A stretch of DNA of 63,999 nucleotides, filler included, from Octopus bimaculoides (GCF_001194135.2; 5 parts of 5 records of this genome joined end to end with filler, not necessarily neighbours in it); one strand, 5' to 3'; positions 12,860 through 25,036 are shown, counted from the first letter of the whole stretch. The notes: generated by a model not told the origin, from the sequence alone. Program-made: numbers and translations.

Positions 12860-13483
12860 AGGCATAATTTCCCAACTACATAATTCCGGGATCAGTCAAA
12901 ATGCGTGGAACATTCGTTAAGTGTCTTTTATTATAGCCTCGGGCCAACCAAAACCTTATAAGTGGATTTGGTAGATGGAAACTGAAAGAAGCCCATCGTA
13001 TAAACATATATGTACATGTGCGTATGTGTTTGTGTGTGTGCATGTGTGTGTTTTTGTGTCTGTGTATGTGTCCTCCCAACGCTTGACAACCGGTGTTGGT
13101 GTGTTTATGTCTCCGAAACTTATCAGTTCGCTAAAAGAGAATGACACAATATGTACCAGACTATAAGAAAATAAGCACTGGGGTCGATTTGTTCGAAAAG
13201 GCAGCGAGCTGACAGAAACGGTAGCACGCAAGGCGAAATGCTTAGCGGTATTTCACACGTCACTACTTTCTGAGTTCAAATTCCGCCGAGGTCGACTTTA
13301 CCTTTTATCCTTTCGGGGTCAATAAATTAAGTACCAGTTGGGTACTGGGGTCAATCTAATCGACTGCCCCCTCCCCCAAAATGTCGGGTCTTGTGCCTAG
13401 AATAGAAAAGAATTTGTTCGAGTAAAAATTCTTCAAAGTGGTGCCTCAGCATGGCCGCAGTCTAATAACTGCTAGAAGTAAGG
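12860..13483 (+). mobile_element. SINE family B with nested family A copy
   Basis: CORE-like part, microsatellite, and a tail split by the insertion at 13197-13411. Confidence 0.85.
13197..13411 (+). mobile_element. SINE family A nested in family B, 10-bp TSD
   Basis: atttgttcga at 13187-13196 and 13412-13421. Confidence 0.9.
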
Positions 13484-13517
13484 GATAAAAGATATACTAC
13501 CTATGTTCATAATATTA

Positions 13518-13795
13518 GTTTCAAATTTTGGCACAAGGCCAGTAATTTCGGGGTAGGTGATAAATTAATTACTTCGACCTCAGTGTCCAACTGGTACTTA
13601 TTTTATCGACCCCGAAAAGATGAAAGGCAATGTTGACCCCGACGGAATTTGAAAGCGGAACGTATAGTCAGAAGAAATGCCGCTTTCATTCTATCGGGAT
13701 CGATAAAATAATTATCAGTCAAGGACTGGGCTCGATGTACTTGACTTAATCCGCCCCCGAAGTTGCTGGCCTTGTGCCAAAGTTTAAAACCAGTA
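13518..13795. mobile_element. Two 5'-truncated family A SINEs joined head-to-head (- then +)
   Basis: 13518-13683 is reverse-complement family A; 13684-13795 is forward core plus tail. Confidence 0.75.
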
Positions 13796-14314
13796 TTATC
13801 TAATAAGTTCATCTATTGGGAGCAGAATTAAGGTCCAATGTCGTGGATAGGAATTCTCTTCTCAACAAGACACAAAAATGTTATTCAAATTTATGTGCTT
13901 AAATAATTGACATTAAATGGAAGTCAGCACAACACTCAGATGGTTAGATTCTCGTGTTTATTTATCTTTTCTTTTTAAAACGAATAGTTTCGAATGAAGA
14001 AGTGAAGTTGTTGAGAAGTAGATTGGATTTAAGTTTTGTAAAATTCAGGTTGTCGCCATTTCGATTCTGTTATTTCTTCACTTACAAGCATACACGTGTA
14101 TGTATATATAAATATATACATTCTTATAAACACTTGCTCACCCACACATGCGAACATCCATACACATGCATAATATAAATGTATACTGTTATGTATGCAT
14201 GCATGCAAACATATGTATGTGTGTGTATATATACATATATATATATATGTATGTATGTATCTATACGCACACACACGCATACATATATATATATACATAC
14301 ATACACATATGTGC

Positions 14315-14351
<37 letters not shown>

Positions 14352-14372
14352 TATGTATCCACAGACACACAT

Positions 14373-14425
<53 letters not shown>

Positions 14426-15399
14426 NNNNNNNNNNNNNNNNNNNNNNNNNNNNNNNNNNNNNNNNNNNNNNNNNNNNNNNNNNNNNNNNNNNNNNNNNNN
14501 NNNNNNNNNNNNNNNNNNNNNNNNNNNNNNNNNNNNNNNNNNNNNNNNNNNNNNNNNNNNNNNNNNNNNNNNNNNNNNNNNNNNNNNNNNNNNNNNNNNN
14601 NNNNNNNNNNNNNNNNNNNNNNNNNNNNNNNNNNNNNNNNNNNNNNNNNNNNNNNNNNNNNNNNNNNNNNNNNNNNNNNNNNNNNNNNNNNNNNNNNNNN
14701 NNNNNNNNNNNNNNNNNNNNNNNNNNNNNNNNNNNNNNNNNNNNNNNNNNNNNNNNNNNNNNNNNNNNNNNNNNNNNNNNNNNNNNNNNNNNNNNNNNNN
14801 NNNNNNNNNNNNNNNNNNNNNNNNNNNNNNNNNNNNNNNNNNNNNNNNNNNNNNNNNNNNNNNNNNNNNNNNNNNNNNNNNNNNNNNNNNNNNNNNNNNN
14901 NNNNNNNNNNNNNNNNNNNNNNNNNNNNNNNNNNNNNNNNNNNNNNNNNNNNNNNNNNNNNNNNNNNNNNNNNNNNNNNNNNNNNNNNNNNNNNNNNNNN
15001 NNNNNNNNNNNNNNNNNNNNNNNNNNNNNNNNNNNNNNNNNNNNNNNNNNNNNNNNNNNNNNNNNNNNNNNNNNNNNNNNNNNNNNNNNNNNNNNNNNNN
15101 NNNNNNNNNNNNNNNNNNNNNNNNNNNNNNNNNNNNNNNNNNNNNNNNNNNNNNNNNNNNNNNNNNNNNNNNNNNNNNNNNNNATACATATATATATATA
15201 CATACATACATATCTGTGTGTGTATGTGTGTATGTGTGTGAGAATTGGTATGTGGCTTTTCTTTTAAACACATTTTAACCCACATGCAAATGGCGTATTT
15301 GCATTAATTGAAGTGAGATAACGTTTATAGTGAAAGAAACAGTTTCCCTATCGTGATAAACAATAGGAATTGAGAACACGCTGCTACCGTGAATGATGC

Positions 15400-15535
15400 C
15401 GCTGACGACGGAGGCGATGATGGTGACGACGATGATATGATGATGATAATGGTAAGGTTGATGACGACGACGATGGCAACAATGATGACAGCGTTGATGA
15501 TGAAGGCGATGACCAACGAGGGCGATAAACAGCGC

Positions 15536-15581
<46 letters not shown>

Positions 15582-15695
15582 GTGATGGTGATGGTGATGG
15601 TGATGGTGATGATGATGATGATGATAATGATGATAATGATGATCATGATGATGATGATGGTAATGATGACATCGACGACCACGATGACAACGACA
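15400..15695. repeat. (GAT)n/(GAC)n/(GGTGAT)n low-complexity tract
   Basis: Direct reading. Confidence 0.95.
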
Positions 15696-15699
15696 AATA

Positions 15700-15915
15700 A
15701 TGGTTTAATAGTTAGGTACAAGGCCAGCAATCCCACGGAAGGGTAGAAGTCGGTTACATCGATTCCCTCTGTTACATCGATCCTCTCAACTCGTATTTAT
15801 TTTATCGATCCCGAAAAAGAGAAAGACGAAAAGCAAAGGTCGACCTCAATGAAATTTGAACTCAGAACGTAAAGACGGATGTAATACCCCTAATACTTTT
15901 ATCCGACGTGCTAAG
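15700..15915 (-). mobile_element. SINE family A, degenerate
   Basis: Reverse-complement core tttatcgatcccgaaaa...aaggtcgacc and head gtgctaa. Confidence 0.75.
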
Positions 15916-15938
15916 GGGCTCATCGTTTTAAGGACAAC

Positions 15939-16001
<63 letters not shown>

Positions 16002-16528
16002 TAGGGGCTCTCATGGCTTCTGATCTTAATTGATTGGAAGTGTTATCATGTACGTTGTTTTGTCTTGGTATAAAAGATGGGCTACAGCAAATATTCTGCT
16101 CAACACCACAGATTTGCTTGTCAGTTGTTTGACCTAAACTAGTAGAGCATGTCTCTTAGTGGCTGACGATATGTGCATCTCTGATCACGAGCAGAAGTAG
16201 TGGGGGAGCATCATAGCCATGTGTTGAGAGGAATTCTTTGGGGGTTTGAATAATTCACCTTTCGAAACATGGGTGTTTTGCTCAACATCCTTAAACAAAC
16301 CTTATTCAGGGACCTTTCGAGCGGGATGGGCTACTCCACCTGAAAAAAATTCTAACTGGGCCTCACCTGCGAGGTCATGCGCTGTTTATCTTGATATGAG
16401 ATCACCATGTCGCGCACATATGGTTGTGATGCATGTGCCTGGTGTACCCTTATCAGTCATGATGGGTATATTGCGCTTTGTATATTTTACCCCAGTGTCA
16501 CTTTGATGGCGTGCACTGCTCTCTCACT
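16002..16528. mobile_element. About 530-bp high-complexity element embedded in (AAT)n; unclassified
   Basis: (AAT)n on both sides (15938-15999, 16529-16547); no A/B boxes, TIRs or convincing ORF; I recall it as an octopus interspersed repeat. Confidence 0.55.
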
Positions 16529-16620
16529 TAATAATAATGATAATAATTGTTTCTAATATTGACACAAAGCCTGACAGCTTTGGGGGGGAGGAAGTTAGAC
16601 GATTAAATCGACAACACTAG

Positions 16621-16987
16621 CTCACACATGTCTTTGCTAACTCGTGAAAAATTATTGGAGTTTGGTTGGGCAGTGATGTCACATGTACCATATAGCCCTG
16701 ATCTTGCACCATCAGTTTACTATTTATTTCGAAGTTTGCAAAACTCTGTGAATGGTAAAACTTTCAATAATGATGATGACCTGAAATTGCACTTGCTTCA
16801 GTTTTTGGCTGATAAGGACCAGAAGTTCTATGAGCGCGGAATTATGAATTTGCGAGAAAGACGGCAAAAGATCATCGAACAAAATGGGAAATGTATAAAT
16901 GGATTAAAATTCATTCTTTGCATAAAAAAAAAAAGTGACTTTTATTTCACACTTAAAAACCGAAATTACATTCTTGCAAACCCAGTA
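16621..16987 (+). mobile_element. Mariner 3' fragment with right TIR
   Basis: ORF 16628: HVPYSPDLAPSVYYLFRSLQNSVNGKTF...RRQKIIEQNGK; TIR-like aaaaaccgaaattacattcttgcaaacccag (16955-16985) then TA. Confidence 0.9.
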
Positions 16988-17351
16988 TATATGTATATAT
17001 CAATATCTATCTATACATGTCCTCACCTTTGTCTAGGTATGTGTGTGCGTGCACGTGCATGTATGTGTATATATATATATAACTGAGAATATGTGTCTGT
17101 CTGTCTGTGTGTATGTGTGCACTAAAATTCGAGAACTACTCAATCGATTTAATTCAAGCATTATTTAGGGTCCATGAAGAGTTTTGGGCTAAACTTTTTT
17201 AACGTCTTGCCTAATGCGAGCCCGGAGCAATGTCTTAGACTGTTTCCGTATTACGTTTCAAAAGTGAACCAATCACATCTCTATTGTAAAGTGATATAAT
17301 GGTTTCGCTTTTATATGGTTTCACTTTCAATAGTTCCATTTCTATCCGTGG

Positions 17352-17428
17352 TGCTTTAGGTGTTTTCGCTCAATAAACACTCACAACGTCCAGTCTGGGA
17401 ATCGAAACCGCGATCCTATGACTGGGCC
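17352..17428 (-). mobile_element. SINE family C head fragment
   Basis: Reverse complement of ggatcgcggtttcgattcccagac...gtgagtgtttattgagcg. Confidence 0.8.
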
Positions 17429-18055
17429 ATTACACCTCTACAATAACATATATATATATATATANNNNNNNNNNNNNNNNNNNNNNNNNNNNNNNNNNNN
17501 NNNNNNNNNNNNNNNNNNNNNNNNNNNNNNNNNNNNNNNNNNNNNNNNNNNNNNNNNNNNNNNNNNNNNNNNNNNNNNNNNNNNNNNNNNNNNNNNNNNN
17601 NNNNNNNNNNNNNNNNNNNNNNNNNNNNNNNNNNNNNNNNNNNNNNNNNNNNNNNNNNNNNNNNNNNNNNNNNNNNNNNNNNNNNNNNNNNNNNNNNNNN
17701 NNNNNNNNNNNNNNNNNNNNNNNNNNNNNNNNNNNNNNNNNNNNNNNNNNNNNNNNNNNNNNNNNNNNNNNNNNNNNNNNNNNNNNNNNNNNNNNNNNNN
17801 NNNNNNNNNNNNNNNNNNNNNNNNNNNNNNNNNNNNNNNNNNNNNNNNNNNNNNNNNNNNNNNNNNNNNNNNNNNNNNNNNNNNNNNNNNNNNNNNNNNN
17901 NNNNNNNNNNNNNNNNNNNNNNNNNNNNNNNNNNNNNNNNNNNNNNNNNNNNNNNNNNNNNNNNNNNNNNNNNNNNNNNNNNNNNNNNNNNNNNNNNNNN
18001 NNNNNNNNNNNNNNNNNNNNNNNNNNNNNNNNNNNNNNNNNNNNNNNNNNNNNNN

Positions 18056-18218
18056 NTCTGTATTTACGTCCCCGTAACTTAGCATTTCGGCAAAAGACAC
18101 TAATAGAATAAGTACTAAGCTTACAAATAATAAATACTAGGGATGAATTTGTTCGATTAAAGGTGGTAATCCAGCACGGCCGCAGTCGCATGACTGAAAC
18201 AAGTAAAACAATAAAAGA
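18056..18218 (+). mobile_element. SINE family B 3' half
   Basis: tttacgtccccgtaacttagc through cagtc..gactgaaacaagtaaaa. Confidence 0.85.
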
Positions 18219-18267
18219 AAAACTATTCCATTTTAATCCCGAGCAACGCCGGGTATCTCTCTCTCTC

Positions 18268-18336
<69 letters not shown>

Positions 18337-18900
18337 CATATACGTATATAGATATGCATGTAGGTATACACCCACAGCTTTAATTTTTATCATCCTCACG
18401 TCGATGATAATTATAAGACGAAACTCAATTAACTCAAATCTTTTTAAGTAAATGTATTAGTATATAGCTAAGATTTTCCATTGAAATAATTAAGTACAAT
18501 TAAATAATATGATTATTATACTATAATTATGTATTTAACTATAACAAAGCATTTGATATTATTTAATAAAACATATACTAGCATAAAGGAAATATCATTA
18601 TTTACTTATAAGGAAATCCGCTATAATGCAGCATTCTAACATAATATATTTCTCCACTTTAGTACCTATACGTGTTTATATGAGTTCAAAAAAGTTCTGC
18701 GTAGATATATATTGCGACTACACAAGCAGATGACAAGACGAACTGACGTAAGCTGTTATGTAACTTATACTTGTATAATTTAGTTCACCAGATTTAACTA
18801 CATGTGAATCTATTATATGGTATCACCGCTTTCATATGTTTGCATTTAACTTGGAGCAGAACATAGTTTTCACGCACACACACACACACACACGCACACA

Positions 18901-18979
<79 letters not shown>

Positions 18980-19194
18980 CGAGATTTGAATGTGCGTGTG
19001 TGTGTGACAAATTTGTAGTACACGTTGTAGATATATGTACTCACTGATATTTATATTTATATGCGCACAAATACTGATATTTATGTATATATATACATAT
19101 ACATTATATGTATGTGAATATGTGTGCATTTCGTGTCTATGTATGTATGTATGTATGTATGTATGTATTATGTGTGCATGTATGCATTTGTTTA

Positions 19195-19385
19195 TCTGTG
19201 TTTGTCGCCATCGCTTGACAACCGGTCTTGGTGTGTTTACGTCCCCGTCACTTAGCGGTTGGGCAAAAAAAACCCCGATAGAATAAATGCTAGGTTTACA
19301 AAGAATAAGTCCTGGGGACGATTTGTTCGACCAAAGGCGGTACTCCAGCATGACCGCAGTCAAATGACTGAAACAAATAGAATAT
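19195..19385 (+). mobile_element. SINE family B 3' half
   Basis: Same tail as 10528 copy. Confidence 0.85.
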
Positions 19386-19494
19386 ATATATATANNNNNN
19401 NNNNNNNNNNNNNNNNNNNNNNNNNNNNNNNNNNNNNNTTAATTAATTAANNNNNNNNNNNNNNNNNNNNNNNNNNNNNNNNNNNNNNNNNNNN

Positions 19495-19553
<59 letters not shown>

Positions 19554-20149
19554 CTGTGTGTGTATATATATATATATTTATATGTATGAGTGTGTTATAT
19601 ATTATTTAGAAACATGGAACAAAAAGGAATGCAATAAAATAATAATCGTAAAAATATCAATATATCTTTTCTAAAATGCATTAATACATTACTTACTGTG
19701 TCTTGATCGTTGGAACGTCGTACATAGACATTATATGTGTGTGTGTGTGTGTATATCTATACATATACACTCAGGAATTAGGTTTTTTATATATATATAT
19801 ATATGTGTGTGTGTGCGCGTATATACACATACTATGTATATGGATATATATTATAACGTTATAATATTATATATATATAGAGAGAGAGAGAGAGACATTC
19901 ACACACACACGTATACATACACGATGTGTATGTATTGGCCCTTTATATATGCGTGTCTTGTGTGTGTCTCTCTAACAGACTACACACACATATACAATCA
20001 CGCATATATAAACCTCACCATTTAGGACTGGGGAAAACCAGTGAGAAAGAGAGAGAGATAGCTACAGCAGTGTTATTTAGATCTACATGAGTGTATGTGT
20101 GTGTGTGTATAGGATATATGTAAATATATATATATATTCAGTTGGTATT

Positions 20150-20610
20150 GTTATTATTGGTCGACTTACAGTTTCAGTGGAAGATTAAAATGCGGAAGTA
20201 CTGAGGCCAAGTATTTCCGTCAGGGGAGACTACTTCTGTCGTCTGGTGCTTGTCCGTCAACTTGGTGGGGGATCATTTTGTCATTTCGCTGGCCAAGTCG
20301 GGCTTTGCGTGTACCTTCATTGCGTTTAATCTCTCCCGGAAGGTTCTCTGGGAATGGTAGCGGTGGAGGTAGTTGGGGAATTCGATAGAGCTGGTTTTCT
20401 TGGCCTGCCTGCGTTATACAGCTACTGTAATCCTGTTGGCTTCGCAGTTCTGTCTGCTCTTACGTTGTTCTCTTCTCCCGGTCATCGGATACATTATTTA
20501 GATATGTTGTCGAGTCTTGTAGCGTACTCTCTCATTCAGACAACCCGACCGAGGTTGATGAAACTTCGGTTTCAGTCCAAATGGTTTGTTTCATTGTGAA
20601 AACCTTATAG
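20150..20610 (-). mobile_element. GC-richer fragment, possibly the 3' end of an RNase H-bearing LINE
   Basis: Minus-strand CIR*PGEENNVRADRTAK loosely resembles RNase H WxPGHxxxxGNExADxxAK; ends in taataacaata. Weak. Confidence 0.3.
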
Positions 20611-20745
20611 GATCCCCCCCCCCCGTCAAAATTGTGGAACTCATATTCATATTTTATGAATAAACATGGCTACTGTAATTTCTAATAAAACATTCACTGG
20701 AAATAAAATTAAGTATTTGAAGAAAATAATTTATACAGAAAAAAA

Positions 20746-20935
20746 AAGGCGCAGATGTGGCTGTGTGGTAAAATGTTTTCTTCCCAACTACATGGTTTCG
20801 GCATTAGTCTCACTGTGTGAAACTTTTGTGGAGGGACAAACATAAACAAAAGCCATATATACTTATTTATAGCTGCAAGCCGACCTAAGCATGGTGAGTG
20901 AATTTGGTAGACGGAAACTGAAAGAATACCGTCGT
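20746..20935 (+). mobile_element. SINE family B 5' half, degenerate
   Basis: Head ggcgcagatgtggctgtgtggtaa and gtgaatttggtagacggaaactgaaag, then (GATA)n. Confidence 0.8.
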
Positions 20936-20967
20936 CGATAGATAGATAGATAGATAGATATAAGAGC

Positions 20968-21182
20968 CAAGATGGCGAGGTGGCAGAACGGTTAGCACGC
21001 CGGGCGAAATGCTTAACGGCATTTCGTCCGTCTTCAGGTTCTGAGTTCAAATTCCACCGAGGTCAACCTTGCCTTTCATCCTTTTGGAGTCAATAAAATA
21101 AGTACCAGTTGATTACTGGAGTCAATACAATCGATTTAACCCCTCCCCGAAATTGCTGGCCTTGAGCCAAAATTTGAAATCA
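20968..21182 (+). mobile_element. SINE family A
   Basis: Full head, core and ccttgagccaaaatttgaaa tail. Confidence 0.9.
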
Positions 21183-21197
21183 ATATTATAGATGTAA

Positions 21198-21540
21198 GGC
21201 GTATGGCTCAGTGGTTAGAGTATCGGACTCACAATCATAAGGTAGTGAGTTCAATTCCTGGACTAGGCTGTGTGTAATGTGCTTGAGCAGGACACTTTAT
21301 TTCACGTTGCTCCAGTTCACTCAGCCCTAGAAATGAGTTGTGACGTCACTGGTGCCAAGCTGTATCGGCCCCTTTGCCTCTCCCTTGGATAACATCAGTG
21401 GCAAGGAGAGGGAAGGCTTGTATGCATGGGTGACTGCTGGTCTTCCATATAACAACCTTGCCCGGATTTGTGCCTCAGAAGGGAACTTTCTAGGTGCAAT
21501 CCCATGGTCATTCGTGATCGAAGGGAGTCTTGACGCTTTT
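21198..21540 (+). mobile_element. SINE family D (tRNA head plus CORE/V-like segment)
   Basis: A-box tggctcagtggtt, B-box gagttcaattcc, then gtgcttgagcaggacactt and a 250-bp tail not shared with families A-C. Confidence 0.8.
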
Positions 21541-21552
21541 ATATGTTGTATA

Positions 21553-21717
21553 GGCGCAGGAGTGGCTGTGTAGTAAGTAGAATGCTTACCAACCACATGG
21601 TTCCGGGTTCAGTCCCACTGCGTGGCACCTTGGGCAAGTGTCTTCTACTATAGCCTCGGGCCGACCAAAGCCTTGTGAGTGGATTTGGTAGACGGAAACT
21701 GAAAGAAGCCCATCATA

Positions 21718-21755
<38 letters not shown>

Positions 21756-21808
21756 TGTGTCTGTGTGTATGTGTGTCTGTGTTTGTCCCCCAACATCGTT
21801 TGACAACG
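21553..21808 (+). mobile_element. SINE family B, 3'-truncated
   Basis: Very close to consensus head and CORE-like segment; ends after the internal (GT)n. Confidence 0.9.
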
Positions 21809-22371
21809 TATGTATATAAATGTATGTATGTATATATGTATGTATGTAAATGTATGTAAATGTCTATTTGTCTGTCTGTCTATATATATGTATGTATGTA
21901 AGCATAACCAGATTTTTCTTTATACTTATTAGTAATTGTTATAGGTAACAGCAGGTATATCAAAACAAAAGAGCAGGTGTGTTATTATTGCTGGATTAAA
22001 ACTCATTAACAAAGGCATAACACCTGTAAGTTTGTGATTGGTCAGAATATTTTAAGCAGTTAAAACTGAATCATATCGAAGTGTTGTTTTATCAGTTCAT
22101 TACGACTACAGTTGTCGTTGAAGAATTAACCGCAGCTTGAAAAACCTTGAGTTCAATTCATAGTCACAGAACGAAATGTTCTAGTCTCATTACATCGGAA
22201 AAAAGGATGGAACTGAGAACGTGGACGAAGTGGGGGAGTGATGTTGAAGGGTGGAAGCTGTACAATGTAGGAAGAAGTATTGTATGACCAAAGTTGGTGC
22301 ACCAAGATCTGGTCAGTTGAATTGGTGCACGCAACAAACAAGATGACTCTGTAGACGAGGGTACGAGCTGA

Positions 22372-22994
22372 TACTGGTTTCAAATTTTGGCGCAAGGCTA
22401 GCATGTTTGTGGGAGCGGGTAAGTTGATGAAAGGATGAAAGGCAAAAATCGTCCCCAGCGGAATTTGAACTCTGAATGTAAAAATGGACGAAATGCTGTT
22501 AAGCATTTGGCCCAGTGAACTAACGATTCTTATTTATTTATTGCCCACAAGGGGCTAAACATAGAGGGGAGAAACAAGGACAGACAAAAGGATTAAGTCG
22601 ATTACATCGACCCCAGTGCGTAACTGGTACTTAATTTATCGACCCCGAAAGGATAAAAGGCAAAATCAACCTTGGATGAATTTGAACTCAGAACGTAACG
22701 ATAGACAAAAGACCGCTAAGCATTTCACCCGGCGTGCTAACAATTCTGCCAGTTCGACGCCTTAGTGTGAATAGATATTGGCAAGAATATTGGTTTCAAA
22801 TTTTAGTACAAGACCAACTGTTTTGGGGATTACATTGACCCCAGTGACCAACTGGTACTTATTTTATCGACCCAGAAAGGATGAAAAGAAAAGTCGACCT
22901 CAGCAGAATTTGAACTTAGAAAAGTAAAGATGGTCGAAATGCCGCTAAGCATTTGGAGCGACGTGCAAACGATTCTGCCAGCTTGCTGCCTTAG
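22372..22994 (-). mobile_element. Three consecutive family A SINEs (22372-22530, 22531-22764, 22787-22994)
   Basis: Three reverse-complement cores; the middle copy has the alternative tail. Confidence 0.85.
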
Positions 22995-23007
22995 CGCGAG
23001 TAAATAT

Positions 23008-23160
23008 TAGTGTGGTAAGAAGTTTGCTTTCAAACCAATGTGGCCTTGGTTTCAGTCCTACTCTGTGGTACCTTGTGGAAGTGTCTTTTACTATAGCCTC
23101 GGACCAGCCAAAAACGTTGTGGGTCAATTTGATAGACGGAAACTGAAAGAAACTCATTGT
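23008..23160 (+). mobile_element. SINE family B 5' half
   Basis: gtgtcttttactatagcctcgg...gacggaaactgaaagaa. Confidence 0.8.
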
Positions 23161-23195
23161 ATACACACACTACATACATACATACATACATACAT

Positions 23196-24041
23196 GACTC
23201 ATGACCGCTGAATCACATCACACTTCGAAGGCTATACATTTGCAATCCAAGAACAGGAGATTGCTTCTAAATACCTAATTAACAAGAAACACAGTGAAGC
23301 CTTTGGAGTTCCAAGATGCATTCGAAAACGTTGATTATTTCGTATTTCTGAGTAAGACATCACACATGCGATTAGCAGCTGCCCAAACATGTCATTGAGG
23401 GACTATTCCTTGATGTGACATGACATTGTCGCAAAAACAATAGACAATGGGACCCGGAAAAAAGACTGTCCAGGAATAAATACCCCCTGTTGTTGAATAC
23501 GTACGCAAATATCAGTGCAAGGAATACTGGTGGCACATTCCCATCAAAACATCTGTAACCGTGTCAAACTGCTGTCACAGAAAAGCCATTGTTCCACCGT
23601 GGGAAAAGTTCTGTTGCAGTGTTAATTTAAATTTGGCTATGGTGGATCGAATCCACTTCATGCATGCAAGATCCACTACACATCTGTTAAGTGTAAGCAT
23701 AACAGGCCATAGAGGTCAGCTGCCCTGCTGATGTGAATATCTCTTTGAAAATCAAAGAGAAAGAAGATAACTATGGACAACTGCTTCAAAACTGCTACAA
23801 AAATTGCTTTATAAATGTTAATTTGTAATCCAGCTTCTATATCCGGATTACAAATTTACATTTATTCCAATAATAATTGGGGCATTTGGTTTTGTAAGTG
23901 AAAATTTAACTGTATTATGATGGGCTTGGATTTTCAGAAAATAAAATCAACCAACTGAAACACACATTACAAATATAATCTGTAAGAGAAACAATAAAAC
24001 TATGCAAGACTTTCGTCAAGTTCAAAATGTGACAATCTTCG
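23196..24041 (+). mobile_element. RLE-type (R4-like) LINE 3' remnant: CCHC region and endonuclease to the stop codon
   Basis: Manual translation: TSHFEGYTFAIQEQEIASKYLINK, DITHAISSCP, HDIVAK, EYWWHIPIKTSV..KCKHNRP, IEVSCPADVNISLKIKEKEDNYGQLL, YPDYKFTFIPIIIGA, CKTFVKFKM* (stop 24030-24032). Confidence 0.8.
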
Positions 24042-25020
24042 TTATCTACATTCCAAAGATTGAGCTTTGTATCTTTGGTTAGAAACCAGTTCCTTCTTAA
24101 GAGGAATAATTAAACAATCTTCACATTCAATTTCTTCTGCGTCGTGTCTTAATTTGACTATCCTTTCACATTCTGCTGACACTTGCTGTAGGGTTACATC
24201 CTGGTTTTGTTCCAGCTTTGCGAGAATTCTAGTTCTAACTTCTGCGTCCTTTTCGGCAGTAAGTCTCTGTGTTAAAATCAGACATTTGAACATTTCTGGC
24301 GTTAATTAATTCCAACTTAAACTTCTCGTATTCCTTGTTTATTCTACCAGTATATGTGATGTAGTCCTCGTCGTTGTTTTCCTCTACGTTCACACACTTC
24401 CAATGTGTGTTGAACAATGAGCTCTTTTCATTGAAAATTTCACACAATATATCTATTGTGACATTAAAGTTTATGCGCGAAGATTTTCTTGGGCGTACAT
24501 AATTACTGTACTGATCATGTTCTGGTACCGTCAGTTTACTCAAGATTAAGCACGTTTTCATCTCGTAATCCCAATCTTTACATTTTTTCCAAAGATTTTC
24601 TCGTGTCTTCTGCAGTATGCTTCGAGGGTAAACCCTTCGTCAGGTTTGCATTTTAACTCTGTTATGGAGTTCGTGATATAGTCTGGCGAGAACACATTTC
24701 CTGTCTTTTCAGACGACTTCAATAATTAAGGCTTTTGTTGTTGTAATAGTATTTGTTGTTGTTGTTGCTTCAGCTGTTGTTCTTGCAGTTGCAGCTGCTG
24801 CTGTTGTTCTTTCAGTTGCTGTTGATACTATTTTTTTTAACTCGAGCAAACCAGCCAACAAATTCTCCATAATTTTCCAATTTTTTTCCATAAAATTCGC
24901 TCAACAAAACTTTGTGAGTTTATTAACTCTTCTTCAAGTTTCTGTCAACTCCACGCGAATGGCTTTGACCTCGTCGCGTTTATTAATTCCTCGTGAGTTG
25001 TCTAAATCCTCATCGCCACT
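24042..25020 (-). mobile_element. Ty3/Gypsy internal region: PBS and frameshifted gag
   Basis: ORFs 24235-24561 and 24042-24293 (EHDQYSNYVRP, SLFNTHWKC, FKCLI, EVRTRILAKLEQ, TLQQVSAEC) resemble K02A2.6-like gag; PBS tggcgatgagga at 25007-25018. Confidence 0.8.
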
Positions 25021-25036
25021 ATTATGATCTTTAAAA

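Larger units (their letters stand above)
17075..18256 (+). mobile_element. Possible non-autonomous Helitron-like element with SINE insertions and a gap
   Basis: 3' GC hairpin cccgagcaacgccggg at 18238-18253 and a (GTCT)n-containing 5' part; canonical CTAG end not seen. Confidence 0.35.

Noticed and set aside
15389-15700. Asp-rich ORF (also 37857-38165 and 60643-60957) as an acidic or biomineral protein
   Set aside because: Pure GAT/GAC/GGT repeats give homopolymers in every frame, with no non-repetitive coding flank or splice support.
19439-19450. Isolated TTAATTAATTAA (also 27278-27289, 48350-48361, 62787-62798)
   Set aside because: Set in N runs as 44 N + 12 + 44 N = 100 bp; a six-frame stop spacer added during scaffolding.
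21198-21270. tRNA gene
   Set aside because: A and B boxes are present but there is no closing acceptor stem or T-run terminator; it continues into a SINE body. The same holds for family A-C heads.
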